Positions 50,260 to 60,356 of a stretch of 64,000 nt of DNA are shown here, one piece after another (position 1 is the stretch's first letter; each line of letters opens with the position of its first letter). Source of the DNA: Thermodesulfobacteriota bacterium (GTDB lineage: Bacteria; Desulfobacterota; Desulfobacteria; Desulfobacterales; C00003060); NCBI GenBank assembly GCA_034189385.1, contig JAXHVD010000005.1, positions 129,906-193,905 of the forward strand. The letters run 5' to 3'. Both the position numbers and the translations under genes were made by a program. The notes under the pieces are model-generated. The model searched no databases. It was not told the DNA's origin and was given only the letters and a program-made list of their open reading frames with translations.

Positions 50260-51164
50260 AATTCCAGCATCCTCCTGATTGCCTGTTCCGCCTTGGCCCG
50301 GACGGTTTCTTCCACATCCACCACGTAAATACCTTCTTCAAGCGCCTTGTGGACCCTGTCCAGGGTGATCATCTTCATCTGATCGCAATAGGGGACAGGG
50401 TCTGGAAGGAGGAACTCCTTGTCCGGGGCGGTTTTCTTCATCTGATGCAAGATGCCCTCTTCTGTTCCAACGATAAAAGACATTGCATCGGATTTTTCTA
50501 CAAACCGGAGGAGCTGGGACGTGGAGCCCACGAAGTCCGCCTTTTCCGTCACCTCCGGGGGACACTCTGGGTGCACAATAACCAGGGCATGGGGGTGCTG
50601 TGCCTTCACCCTTTCAATGGATTGCGGCGTAATCCCCTGGTGAATGGGGCAGTACCCATTCCAGAGGGTAACGCCTTTGCCTTTCATCGTCCGGACATGA
50701 AAGGCTCCCAAGTTGCGGTCAGGAAGAAAGATGATCTTCTCGCCTTCCATCTTCTCCATGACCTTTCGGGCATTTGCCGAGGTGCATATAATGTCTGCCA
50801 AGGCCTTTATCTCAGCATAGACGTTGACATAGGCTACCACCTTGGCGTCGGGATTGGCCTTTTTGGCTTCTTCTACCTGCCGGGGGTCTGCCATGTCCGC
50901 CAAAAGACACCCTGCAAGGGGATAGGGGGTCAAGACGGTTTTGTCTGGAGAGAGGATCTTGGCCGTCTCTGCCATGAACCTGACGCCACAAAAGAGAATC
51001 GTCCCTTGGGGGGCCGACGCTGCTGCACGGCTGAGTTCCAAGGAGTCTCCCACAAAGTCGGCAATGTCCTGGATCTCTGGCCGTTGATAGTAATGGGCAA
51101 GGATGACCACATCCTTTTCTTCTTTTTGCCGCCTGATTTCCTCCTGAAGCTCTTGGACTTCCAT
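50256..51164 (-). CDS. nadA: Quinolinate synthase
   Basis: ILAHYYQ, GDSLEL, FCGVRFMAETAKIL, AGCLLAD, CTSAN, PDRNLG, CPIH, HPEC and GST. Confidence 0.96.
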   Translation of the reverse strand: MEVQELQEEIRRQKEEKDVVILAHYYQRPEIQDIADFVGDSLELSRAAASAPQGTILFCGVRFMAETAKILSPDKTVLTPYPLAGCLLADMADPRQVEEAKKANPDAKVVAYVNVYAEIKALADIICTSANARKVMEKMEGEKIIFLPDRNLGAFHVRTMKGKGVTLWNGYCPIHQGITPQSIERVKAQHPHALVIVHPECPPEVTEKADFVGSTSQLLRFVEKSDAMSFIVGTEEGILHQMKKTAPDKEFLLPDPVPYCDQMKMITLDRVHKALEEGIYVVDVEETVRAKAEQAIRRMLEL

Positions 51165-51467
51165 GTCTGTGTTTCCTTGTTGGTTCTTTCCAAAAGATAC
51201 GAAAAGGCCTGAAGCGCTGTGCCATGGTCTCGTCACGTCACCTGCTCTACTCATGGATCTGCGTGGCTTGGCCACACTGAAAAACAATACTTCACAGAGA
51301 AGTGCAATTCAAGAGGCAAGGAGTCTTTTTAGGGAAGTCTAGGCAAGAAAATTGACAATGCCCCTCCATGGGCCTAGCATGACCGAGGCCACTAGGTTTA
51401 GGCTTGGTCCCTTATCTACTGAGGCAGGAGTAGATGCACGTTGCCTGTGGCAACGCCAGGAGGAAAC

Positions 51468-52109
51468 ATGAGAATTACACTGATCTATGACAACGATGTT
51501 TTCAAAGAGGGTCTTGTGGCTGACTGGGGATTTTCCTGTTTGGTAGAAATAGAAAAGGCCCCTAAGATTCTTTTTGATACGGGAGGAGATGGTTCCATAC
51601 TCCTTTCCAACATGGAAAAACTAGACATCGATCCGGCCTCTATCGATGTTGTCATGATTTCTCATCCTCACCACGATCATGTGGGCGGGCTCTGGGCTTT
51701 CTGTCGTGTGAACAGGGATGCCAAAGTCTATGTTCCTCCTTCACTAAGGGGCCTTGACGGTATAGACCAGGTCATCCCTGTAACTGGACCTTCACAGATC
51801 CTTGAGGGGGTCTTTTCCACTGGCGAACTGGCTGGCATCGAACAATCCATGGCCGTAAAGACGGACAAGGGGGTTGTCTTGATTGTGGGATGCTCCCATC
51901 CAGGGATGGCCAGCATTTTGAAGGCAGCTTCTGCCTTTGGAAAGGTCTATGCCGTGGTGGGCGGGCTCCACGGATTCAGGGAGTACTGGTTGTTTGAAGG
52001 CTTAGAGCTCATCTGTCCTACCCATTGTACACAGCACAAAAGCGAGATAAAGGCCCTGTACCCTGAACAATACGTTGATGGGGGTGTGGGGCAGGTGATC
52101 GTGTTGTGA
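51468..52109 (+). CDS. MBL-fold metallo-hydrolase
   Basis: WGFSCL, LFDTG, SHPHHDHVGG, GCSHPG, GGLH and PTHCT. Confidence 0.9.
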   Translation: MRITLIYDNDVFKEGLVADWGFSCLVEIEKAPKILFDTGGDGSILLSNMEKLDIDPASIDVVMISHPHHDHVGGLWAFCRVNRDAKVYVPPSLRGLDGIDQVIPVTGPSQILEGVFSTGELAGIEQSMAVKTDKGVVLIVGCSHPGMASILKAASAFGKVYAVVGGLHGFREYWLFEGLELICPTHCTQHKSEIKALYPEQYVDGGVGQVIVL

Positions 52110-52133
52110 AGAGAAAGGGGAACTGACTGCCTG

Positions 52134-53756
52134 TCAGGGGGTGTAGAGCACCACCACGCAACGGGTCGGTTCGTCAGAGAGACTTCTGAGCTTGTGGGGC
52201 GTCTCGGAATGAAAGTGGATGGACTCGCCCGGCTTGAGGTGGTGGCTCTTGCTGCCCAGGGTAAGTCCAAGATCTCCCTCCATGACGAGGATAAACTCTT
52301 CGCCCTCGTGTTTGTAAGCCACGGGTTTGTGGGCCTGTCTGGACTCGATAGTGATCATGAAGGCCCGGAGGTGCTCGTTTTCAGCCCCAGGGGTGAGGGT
52401 CTGGTAAGAGTAATTCTGGGTCCGTTTGATAAAGGCCTGTGCCCGTTCGTCACGGATCATGGCCTTTTCTTCGTCCCGAAGGAAGGTGCTGGGGTCCACT
52501 TTCAGGGCGCGGGCCAAGGTGAGCAGGAAACTTACTGACGGCGTAAGCTCGTCCTTTTCGATCTGCTCAACAAACTCCGGCGACTGGCCCGTGGCCTTGG
52601 CCAAAGCCTCGCGGGACCAGTTCTGGCCTTCCCGGAGCCTGACCACTTTCGCTCCAAAGCTGGTTCCCCTGTCCGTTGCCTTGTCTTGCGTTAAAAGATC
52701 GGCAAGCCGGCGCATCACCACCTGTTTGACCTTGGCCGTAAGGGCAGGGACAAAGGTCTTTGCGTCCGTTACAACGCCCAGGTCCGCCACCTGAAAGATG
52801 GGTGCCTTTGGGTCCCGGTTGACGGCAACGATGGTCTCTGCCTCCATAATACCTGCTGTGTACTGGACGGCCCCGGAAGTGCCGATGGAAAAGAGCAGTC
52901 TTGGGCTTACGGTTTTTCCGGTCTGTCCGATGAGCCGCTCTTCGTCTATCCAGTGCTGGAGCACAGGGGGCCTGGTGGCGGCCACTTCGCCGCCAAGGGC
53001 GGCAGCCAGTTCCCGCACCAGGGAAAAGCCTTCTGCATTGCCAAGGCCTGCTCCCCCAACCACGACGGTGTGGGCCTCTTCAAGCCGCCGGTGCTCTTCA
53101 GGTTGGGCCGAGGTCGCCAGAAGCTTGAGTCCCGTTCGTTCTCTGGGGGACGCGATTGGGATATGCTCGATAGTACCTGGATCACCTGGGATCTGAACCG
53201 CCTGAAAAGGGTAGGGCTGCACCGTGGCGAACCCGGTACGCTCAGCGTCGGCGAAGCCGATCTCGGCCATGATCTCACCGCCCCAGGAGGGACAGGTGGC
53301 CACCATCTTGTTCTCGTCGATTCGAAGATCCACGCCATCGGCGACCAAGCCTCCATCGCATATTCTCGCGGTCCGGGCGGCGAGTTCCCTGCCGAAATCG
53401 GTCAGGGTAAAGAGGAGATACATGGGGCCGCGGGCTTGAACGGCTTCGGCTAAGACAGGTGCGTAGGTGTCAGCCCTGATGGACGCCAGCCCTGGATCGT
53501 TGAGAAGATAGACCAGGTCCGCGCCGTGGTCGATGCATTTTTTTGCCGCAACGTCTAGAGACACACATGCACGAATGCCGGGGGCACCTTCCGGTCCATC
53601 CTGGGTAGATGAACCCACAAGCACGGCCGCTGCCTTCCCAGAGACCGTGGTGGCCAGGTCACGAGCCTTGCCCAGGACCTTGATGGAGAAATCGTAAAAC
53701 CGCTCGTTCCTTAGGTCCACATATACCCAGATTTCGGTTTCTTTTCTGTCTGCCAT
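52134..53756 (-). CDS. etfA: Electron transfer flavoprotein alpha subunit fused to XRE HTH + cupin
   Basis: GRELAAR, VVVGGAG, IGQTGKTV, GTSGAVQY and VNRDPKAPIF, then in frame FGAKVVRLRE...LAKATG...IEKDELTPS and HEGEEFILV.EG..L...LKPGESIHFHSETPH. Confidence 0.88.
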   Translation of the reverse strand: MADRKETEIWVYVDLRNERFYDFSIKVLGKARDLATTVSGKAAAVLVGSSTQDGPEGAPGIRACVSLDVAAKKCIDHGADLVYLLNDPGLASIRADTYAPVLAEAVQARGPMYLLFTLTDFGRELAARTARICDGGLVADGVDLRIDENKMVATCPSWGGEIMAEIGFADAERTGFATVQPYPFQAVQIPGDPGTIEHIPIASPRERTGLKLLATSAQPEEHRRLEEAHTVVVGGAGLGNAEGFSLVRELAAALGGEVAATRPPVLQHWIDEERLIGQTGKTVSPRLLFSIGTSGAVQYTAGIMEAETIVAVNRDPKAPIFQVADLGVVTDAKTFVPALTAKVKQVVMRRLADLLTQDKATDRGTSFGAKVVRLREGQNWSREALAKATGQSPEFVEQIEKDELTPSVSFLLTLARALKVDPSTFLRDEEKAMIRDERAQAFIKRTQNYSYQTLTPGAENEHLRAFMITIESRQAHKPVAYKHEGEEFILVMEGDLGLTLGSKSHHLKPGESIHFHSETPHKLRSLSDEPTRCVVVLYTP

Positions 53757-53794
53757 ACCTAAAGTCCGAAGAGCCTTTGGTCCTTCTCCCTTCC

Positions 53795-54571
53795 CTATCC
53801 CATGGCCCCTGACGTTGCCAGTCGCTTCACGAGCTCTTCTGCCTGCTCGCCGGCCGTGCCTGTCAGGAATTCGCATTTCCTCTCCCGCATGGCCTTGGCC
53901 CAGGAGACGACCCTGGTTGGTGATCCGGCCCATCCAACCTGGTCAGGGGTGAGGGCCAGGTCTGTAAGGTGCCACTTTTCAATCTTGCCCTCCGAAAAAG
54001 CCTGCTCAATCCCTGCCAGTCCCACATGCCGGGGCTGTACGGAAGCCGGATGGATAGTCAACGCCGCAGGGAAAGAAACCTCGAATGTCTCCAAAAATCC
54101 GTCGGCCCTGCGCTCCACGTAAAGACCGACGTCTCTTTCCTCCATGGAATGGACCCAGGTCACAAGGGGGATATCAAGGGCCACAGCGGTTTGCGGGCCA
54201 ACCTGGCCGGTGTCGCTGTCAGCGGTCCTGGTACCGAAAAGGACCAAGTCATAGGGCGCAAGCTTTTTGATGGCTGCCGCCAATGCCGTGGAAGTGGCCA
54301 GCGTGTCCGACCCTGCCATGGCCGGGTCGGAAATCAAAACCCCCCGGTCAATGCCCATGGCCATGGCCTCGTGAAGAGAAGAGGCGCAGGCGTCAGGCCC
54401 CATGGATAGGGCAGTGACTGTTCCGCCCCGCGCGTCTTTCATCTGTAGCGCCACCTCCAGGGCCGGTCTGTCAAAGGGGTTCAGCTCAAGGGCATCAGGT
54501 GAACGGATGAGCCCCTTTTTCGGGGACTTGAGCATGACCGCTTTGATGCATACGATGATGTGAAACGCCAT
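53795..54571 (-). CDS. etfB: Electron transfer flavoprotein beta subunit
   Basis: IIVCIK, NPFDRPALE, LSMGP, GSDTLAT, DSDTGQVGP and GSPTRV. Confidence 0.93.
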   Translation of the reverse strand: MAFHIIVCIKAVMLKSPKKGLIRSPDALELNPFDRPALEVALQMKDARGGTVTALSMGPDACASSLHEAMAMGIDRGVLISDPAMAGSDTLATSTALAAAIKKLAPYDLVLFGTRTADSDTGQVGPQTAVALDIPLVTWVHSMEERDVGLYVERRADGFLETFEVSFPAALTIHPASVQPRHVGLAGIEQAFSEGKIEKWHLTDLALTPDQVGWAGSPTRVVSWAKAMRERKCEFLTGTAGEQAEELVKRLATSGAMG

Positions 54572-54582
54572 CTCTCCTTCTC

Positions 54583-55722
54583 CTATCCCAATACTCCCCT
54601 GGCAATGACCATACGGTGGATCTCAGAGGTGCCCTCGTAGATCCTTGTTACCCTGGCGTCGCGGTAGTAGCGTTCCACGGGATAGGATTTCGAGTAGCCA
54701 TAACCACCGTGGATCTGCACTGCCATATCGGTGACCTTGCTCGAAGTCTCTGAGGCGTAAAGCTTTGCCATGGCCGCGGCCTGCGAGAAGGGCTTCCCCT
54801 GGTCGCGGAGGACTGCTGCCCGATAGACCAGGAGCCGGGCGGCGTCTACCTGCGTGGCCATGTTTGCAATCATCATCTGAACGGCCTGGTGCTTGGCAAT
54901 GGGCACACCAAACTGGTGTCGCTCTTTCGCGTACCGAACCCCCTCATCAAGGGCAGCCTGAGCAATGCCCACAGCCTGGGCCGCAACTCCTATCCTGCCC
55001 GTATCCAGGGCTGCAAGGCCGATGCGCAGGCCCATGCCTTCCTTGCCCAGGCGATTGGCCACAGGTACCCGGCAGTCATAGAGCCGAATGGAGCTGACGG
55101 GATTGGCCCGCATGCCGCAGAGGTCCTCCAGATCCCCGACTACAAAGCCGGCGGTGCCGCGCTCGGCAATAATGACGCTGATCCCCTTGCGACCGGCATT
55201 GGGGTCAGTTCTGGCGAAGATCAGGCAGACGTCAGCAACGCCACCATTGGTGACCAAGACCTTGTTGGCGTTCACCACATAATCGTCTTTGTCACGAAGG
55301 GCCAGGGCTTGGATGCCGGAGGCGTCAGATCCGGCATTGGGTTCGGTGAGGCAGAAGGCCCCAATCTTCTCCCCTTTGGCAAGAGGGGGAACCAACCTCT
55401 GTTTCTGTTCTTCTGAGCCAAAGGCCATGAGGGGATAGACGGCCACGCTATTATGGACCGTTGCGCAGAGTCCGAGGCTGCCGGACGCCCTTGAGATCTC
55501 CTCGATCACGATGATATAGCTCACCGTGTCCATGCCGGCGCCCCCCAACTCCTTGGGGACCTGGATACCGAAGTAACCCAGACCGGCCATCTTCTCCACT
55601 ACCTCCCAGGGAAAGCGGGCTTCCTGGTCGATCTCTTTGGCGATGGGGAAAAGCTCCCGCTCACAAAAGGTCCGGACCGAGCGCCGCACGGCTCTGTGTT
55701 TTTCCGATAAGAAGGTTTCCAT
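54583..55722 (-). CDS. Short-chain acyl-CoA dehydrogenase
   Basis: [42 protein letters not shown] and [15 protein letters not shown]. Confidence 0.95.
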   Translation of the reverse strand: METFLSEKHRAVRRSVRTFCERELFPIAKEIDQEARFPWEVVEKMAGLGYFGIQVPKELGGAGMDTVSYIIVIEEISRASGSLGLCATVHNSVAVYPLMAFGSEEQKQRLVPPLAKGEKIGAFCLTEPNAGSDASGIQALALRDKDDYVVNANKVLVTNGGVADVCLIFARTDPNAGRKGISVIIAERGTAGFVVGDLEDLCGMRANPVSSIRLYDCRVPVANRLGKEGMGLRIGLAALDTGRIGVAAQAVGIAQAALDEGVRYAKERHQFGVPIAKHQAVQMMIANMATQVDAARLLVYRAAVLRDQGKPFSQAAAMAKLYASETSSKVTDMAVQIHGGYGYSKSYPVERYYRDARVTRIYEGTSEIHRMVIARGVLG

Positions 55723-55919
55723 AGAGAGTCTTTACGCTATCAGAAGTGTCTGTGGACCTATCAGAATTTGAAGGGAAAAGCAAAGTGAGATAGCGCGAAG
55801 GTGGCATTCCAGGAGAATGGCATTGTAAACGTGGAGCGTAAGTCGTCCGGTTTGCGCCCAATGAAAGAACAGAGGCCCTCTGCCTTGTCAACTATTTGAA
55901 CTAACGAATAAAAATTCGC

Positions 55920-56366
55920 CGAAGCTTCCAGGAAACGGCAGGGCGCTGGTTTGGGCCTCTTTGATGCAAGGGGAACCTCGGGATGGGGAAATCCGCTTCT
56001 CTTTGGCCTACAATGCCTCAGTAACGTTTAGGAGTTGTGACAGTCTATTTCTGAATAGACAATTTCCGGATAGGGCGAATCGCTTCTCTTCGGTATCCAA
56101 TGCCTTTAAGTAGCCCACATTAGCGGTGTAGATGGAAATGGCTGTATACCTACGTTCAGCGATCCTCCCTATCCTTTTAACTGCCCGCTAAGGAGGTTTG
56201 CCTCAACTTCTGAACGCTACCAATGGCTTTGGTAGCCGTAGGAAGCTGGTAGGAGGCAATGGCCGTAGGCCATTTTAAGAGATCTTCAGCGAATCTCCCC
56301 ATCCATCTGTTGCCAAATTCGGGGGATACAGGTTTTGACACACCCATGATTAGTGGAAACGAGGGG
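55920..56366. repeat. Structured non-coding element, copy 2 (longest)
   Basis: Outer stem GGATGGGGA (55981)/TCCCCATCC (56304); inner unit 56068-56174; left extension shared with 9780-9842. Confidence 0.9.
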
Positions 56367-56437
56367 TGCGCCTCTTTTGAAGCCGCCGGGCGCAAACTTG
56401 AGAGAAGAAGCTTCAGGAAGGGCCACTTTTTGATTTG

Positions 56438-58306
56438 TCAACCTTCCCAGAGGGCGTCACGGAGTCCAGAGGTGCGCTCAATGCGTCGGGAGACGGCCGT
56501 GCGAAAGACAGCCTCCGTGGCCCATATCTCCACGGCCTCTTTGGCGCGGGTAATGCCTGTATAAAGGAGTTCTCGTGTCAGCACTGGGGCGTCCCTGTCC
56601 GGCAAAAGAAGCAGGAGCTTGTCAAATTCCGATCCCTGACTCTTATGAACGGTCATGGCGTATACGGTCTCGTGCTCAGGCAGTCTGATGGGATGGATCT
56701 TTCTTAGAGTGCCACCCGGTGCCGGGAAAAAAACACGCAGGTCATTGTCCGCTACGGGGTCTGGCAGAGCCAGACCCACATCCCCATTAAACAATGAAAG
56801 CGTGTAGTCATTACTCGTAATCAGGACCGGACGACCAGCATACCACTGACCGGCAGGGTCAATGAGTCCTTCGTCTTTGAGGATTCTTTCGGCCAGCACA
56901 TTCAGAGCCACTACGCCATAGGGGCCTTTTCTAAGGGCGCACAGGATTCGGAACCGATCAAAGCGGTGAAAAACCTCTTCCACGTCTTTGGCCTTCAGGT
57001 AATCTCTATATCCGTTTATGACGGCATCCCTGATGGCTGCAGGCAGGACATGGGGCTGGGGAAGGTGCTTCCACCTTACGTCCTGATATTGGCCGGCTAT
57101 GACAGGGTCTGCCGCGAGGTTCCCATCGCCGGCATTGACTGCAGTGCTCACCCCATGGATACCGCTATGGCTGCCAAAACGGAAACTCCTGTGAAGCTGG
57201 ACAATGCAGTCAGAGATACCTGGTTTGTCCTTTTCCGTTCTCTCTGTGCCCATGTCATACCCGGTGACCTCTTTAAGATAGCCTTTAAATGGCGTTGAAA
57301 AGGTGTGGCCGCCACCTGTGTCGCATATGTCGCCAAGAACGGCCCCCGCTTCTACTGAGGCGAGCTGGTCCTTATCTCCCAACAGGACCAGTCGGGCTTG
57401 GGGAGGAAGGGCCTGGACAAGCTTGGACATGAGGGCCAGGTCCACCATGGACGCTTCATCTACCACAACGAGATCAAGGGGCAACAGATTGTCTGCGTGA
57501 TGACGAAAATAGGGGGAGCCTGGAATCGATCCCAGGAGCCGGTGAATGGTGGACGCCTTTTCGGGGATCTGTTCCTTGATCTTGTCGTGACAGTGAAGCT
57601 CCTCTGTGGCACCCACCACTGCTTCCTGTAGTCTGGCAGCAGCCTTTCCCGTAGGAGCCACAAGGGCTATCCGAACCCTTTTTGGGTTGGGTTGTTCCAA
57701 GACCAACGCCAGGATCTTTGCGACGGTGGTCGTTTTCCCTGTTCCAGGGCCGCCGGAGATAACGCTGAACTTGTTGACTAGGGAGGTAAAGGCAGCGATC
57801 TTCTGCCAGTCCATGGGCTGGGTTCGGCCAGGGGGAGAGGAGGTTGAAGCGTTACCAAAGAGCCTTCCCAGACCCTCTTTCAGACGTGCCGTGTCTATGT
57901 CTCCTTCATGTTCACGAACGCGGCCTAAGATCAGGCAGGCAAGTTTTTCTTCATAATCCCAGTAACGGTGAAGGTACAGCCTGGCACTGTCATCGAGGAT
58001 CAGAGGTTTGAATTCTCCAGGGGTGCCCACGACGATTGTCCCTCTCAGTTTCTCTATCCAGTGACGCAGCGTGGGACAGGCGATGGGGTCTTTTCCGTCT
58101 TCTTTTTCCAGCAGTGCATTCCCAGCCAGGCTGGCCAGGTTCAGGCAGATATGCCCCTGCCTGGTGTGGCTGCTTGCCAGGGCCGCTGCCAGGCGGAGCT
58201 CGGGCGCTTGAGTGCCGGCAAGCCTTGCCATAAACCTGGCAAAATGGACGTCAAGCTGAGAGAGTATGCCGCCTTCGCAGAGGCGACTGAGAAGTTTTCC
58301 TTCCAT
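56438..58306 (-). CDS. recD: Exodeoxyribonuclease V alpha subunit (RecD helicase)
   Basis: GHICL, LYLHRYW.YE, DWQKIA, GGPGTGKTTT, APTGKAAARL, VDEASMVD, GDKDQLASVE, TVHKSQGSEF and LYTGITRA. Confidence 0.94.
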   Translation of the reverse strand: MEGKLLSRLCEGGILSQLDVHFARFMARLAGTQAPELRLAAALASSHTRQGHICLNLASLAGNALLEKEDGKDPIACPTLRHWIEKLRGTIVVGTPGEFKPLILDDSARLYLHRYWDYEEKLACLILGRVREHEGDIDTARLKEGLGRLFGNASTSSPPGRTQPMDWQKIAAFTSLVNKFSVISGGPGTGKTTTVAKILALVLEQPNPKRVRIALVAPTGKAAARLQEAVVGATEELHCHDKIKEQIPEKASTIHRLLGSIPGSPYFRHHADNLLPLDLVVVDEASMVDLALMSKLVQALPPQARLVLLGDKDQLASVEAGAVLGDICDTGGGHTFSTPFKGYLKEVTGYDMGTERTEKDKPGISDCIVQLHRSFRFGSHSGIHGVSTAVNAGDGNLAADPVIAGQYQDVRWKHLPQPHVLPAAIRDAVINGYRDYLKAKDVEEVFHRFDRFRILCALRKGPYGVVALNVLAERILKDEGLIDPAGQWYAGRPVLITSNDYTLSLFNGDVGLALPDPVADNDLRVFFPAPGGTLRKIHPIRLPEHETVYAMTVHKSQGSEFDKLLLLLPDRDAPVLTRELLYTGITRAKEAVEIWATEAVFRTAVSRRIERTSGLRDALWEG

Positions 58307-58495
58307 CGGTCTTCGAGCTTATCAAAGTTGCGATCACGGTTGCAAAGGATATTCTATCCGTTTCCTTCTCGAGGGCCAAGGAGGGATGATTTGGGCGATA
58401 GGAAAAAGTGACTTGAAGCCCAATCGCAGTGAGGATGGGAGACGGGTATATGCTAAAGGGGTAGTAAAAGGGCGGTATGACAATGAGACAGTCTC

Positions 58496-58783
58496 TTAAT
58501 AGCACATATGGCCCACCTGTTTTTCAATCTCCATTGCACAGGCCACCTGCTTTTCCTCTGGGACGTCTATGCTGAGGGTGTCTGTGGCCAGGTCTATGTC
58601 AACGGTTCCCCCGTGTCTCTCCACAATGGACTGAATGATCCATAGCGAAAAAGAACGGAGTTTTGCCTCTTCGCTCGTTGACCAGACATAGTCTTCAGGT
58701 CTATAGCCAGCATCGACCGGGTAGCATGCACCTGTTGGGTCCGTGCAGGTTTCGCAGCGTTTTGTTTCTCTTGTTTCTCTCAT
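58496..58783 (-). CDS. Small Cys-containing hypothetical protein
   Basis: GAGGTG RBS; CETC...C near the N-terminus; WIIQSIVERHGGTVDIDLATDTLSIDVP. Confidence 0.6.
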   Translation of the reverse strand: MRETRETKRCETCTDPTGACYPVDAGYRPEDYVWSTSEEAKLRSFSLWIIQSIVERHGGTVDIDLATDTLSIDVPEEKQVACAMEIEKQVGHMCY

Positions 58784-58842
58784 TGGATTCACCTCGTTTC
58801 CTTTTGCTGTGCCTTGTTTGTTTCTCCTTGTTTTGGTTATTC

Positions 58843-58859
58843 TGCACTCTTTGTGCCAA
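58843..58859 (-). promoter_or_regulatory. Putative sigma54 (-24/-12) promoter
   Basis: Minus strand TTGGCACAAAGAGTGCA (GG-N10-GC). Confidence 0.55.
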
Positions 58860-59178
58860 ATTCTAGACAAGCGTGCTCCAGTGCCAATAAGTCTCTATAA
58901 TTCATAGACAATATCACGGCCAGGAACCCCTGTTCCAAAGTTGCAAATCCGCCATTTTTGTATGATTGTTGTTTTCAGGCCAACATTTGAGTAGGGGTGT
59001 TGGTGCTAGGACAAAAGGCTGTTCTGAGGGACGTACGGGGGCTTCTAGGCAGGAGGATGGGTGTGGATAAAGTCTCTGACCTGTTTGCCACAGTGAGTGG
59101 GCAGATACCCCCTCATAAGGCCCTGCACCGTGAGGGGTGAGGTATAGGGCAGATAGCCGTATCTGCTTTTCTGCCCTA

Positions 59179-60036
59179 CTATTTGTCAAATGCACCGGGT
59201 GCACGGGGCTTAGGAGGCGGCCACATGGGAGGACCATCCTTTTCTGGTGGGCCATGCATTCCTGGTGGGCCGTGCATTCCTGGTGGGCCATGCATTCCTG
59301 GTGGGCCATGCATTCCTGGTGGGCCGTGCATTCCTGGTGGGCCGTGCCTCATCGGAGGGCGATGTTGGGCGTTGAATTCGCGGTAAGCGGCCATTTGATC
59401 AGGAGTCAAAATGGTGCTGAGCTGTTCTTCAACCGACTGCTGGTGTGCGTCCACTTCTTCCATGAACGAGTGGAAACTCTGTTGAAGATCCTCACGATGT
59501 TGCTCCAGCATGTTGTGCCGCTCGTCAAAGCTACTCTCTATAATAGGACGAGCCTCTTTTTGCTGCTCTGCCGTCAGATTCAGGCGCCTGCTCATATCCG
59601 AAAAAACCTCTTCACGACGCTCTTTCTTGAACATGCCACGGGGTCCAGGCAGCATTCGCCCGTGGTCTTTGAAGGTTTTATAGAATTCGTCCAACCTCTG
59701 TCTCTGGGTGCTGTCCAGTTCTTCTTTTATCTGGGTGATGGCATTGTCAAGAAGCGTTTCGAACTCAGAATGATGTTCTTGCAAGAATTGCCTAAACCGT
59801 AATTCTGATTGGTTCAGTATGGTTTCAATCTCCTCCCGCTGAGATTCCGAGAGGTCAAGTTCGGGCAGGAAATCTTTCAGGACGATTGTCAACGGCGGTT
59901 TCATTCCTCGCACAAAGCTGGCGATCCTTCCCTCAACATAAAGCCTTGTTGCCAGCGCGCCTGCAAGGGCTCCCAGGGCAAGAAGAATCAGTATGGCCAC
60001 ACCTAATTTTAGTCTATTCATTCCTGTTTTCATCAC
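59179..60036 (-). CDS. Membrane-anchored Spy/CpxP-like (LTXXQ) protein with a His/Pro repeat tail
   Basis: TM anchor; [15 protein letters not shown] and ILTPDQ; (GMHGPP)x5. Confidence 0.75.
   Translation of the reverse strand: MMKTGMNRLKLGVAILILLALGALAGALATRLYVEGRIASFVRGMKPPLTIVLKDFLPELDLSESQREEIETILNQSELRFRQFLQEHHSEFETLLDNAITQIKEELDSTQRQRLDEFYKTFKDHGRMLPGPRGMFKKERREEVFSDMSRRLNLTAEQQKEARPIIESSFDERHNMLEQHREDLQQSFHSFMEEVDAHQQSVEEQLSTILTPDQMAAYREFNAQHRPPMRHGPPGMHGPPGMHGPPGMHGPPGMHGPPGMHGPPEKDGPPMWPPPKPRAPGAFDK
59245..59347. repeat. Coding 18 bp tandem repeat TGGTGGGCCRTGCATTCC, 5 full copies plus a partial one
   Basis: Read directly; encodes GMHGPP on the minus strand. Confidence 0.95.
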
Positions 60037-60356
60037 GGTGTAAGGAACGCCAGAAGGCTGAGTCGTGTCGGCTCCTCCATAAACACTCGCGCAATCTCAT
60101 ATTCTGGATTGAATTCTCCTCTGATCGAGGCCGCGGTCAATATAAGTATCAAGAGGCAGGTCGTAAAAGCAAATCGCCACACATATCGCTCAAAGACCTG
60201 AAGAGAGACGCCTTGAGAATGAATGGGACCGAGGCGTCGAATATGACTCATCACGCTCGTCTCCCATTTCGCATCAACCTGGACCTTCTCCTTTTCACGA
60301 TAGGCGGCAACGAGTGCTTCCGTCAATCTTGTGTGGGCGTTCCCGGCCGGTCTCAT
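60033..60356 (-). CDS. Putative small anti-sigma membrane protein
   Basis: Overlaps the sigma stop; one TM segment (WRFAFTTCLLILILTAA). Confidence 0.65.
   Translation of the reverse strand: MRPAGNAHTRLTEALVAAYREKEKVQVDAKWETSVMSHIRRLGPIHSQGVSLQVFERYVWRFAFTTCLLILILTAASIRGEFNPEYEIARVFMEEPTRLSLLAFLTP

Noticed and set aside
58251..58505. Possible recB 3' remnant upstream of recD
   Set aside because: No convincing RecB nuclease motifs.
59245..59347. Possible CRISPR array
   Set aside because: The 18 bp units are contiguous with no spacers and encode GMHGPP in frame; no cas genes are present.
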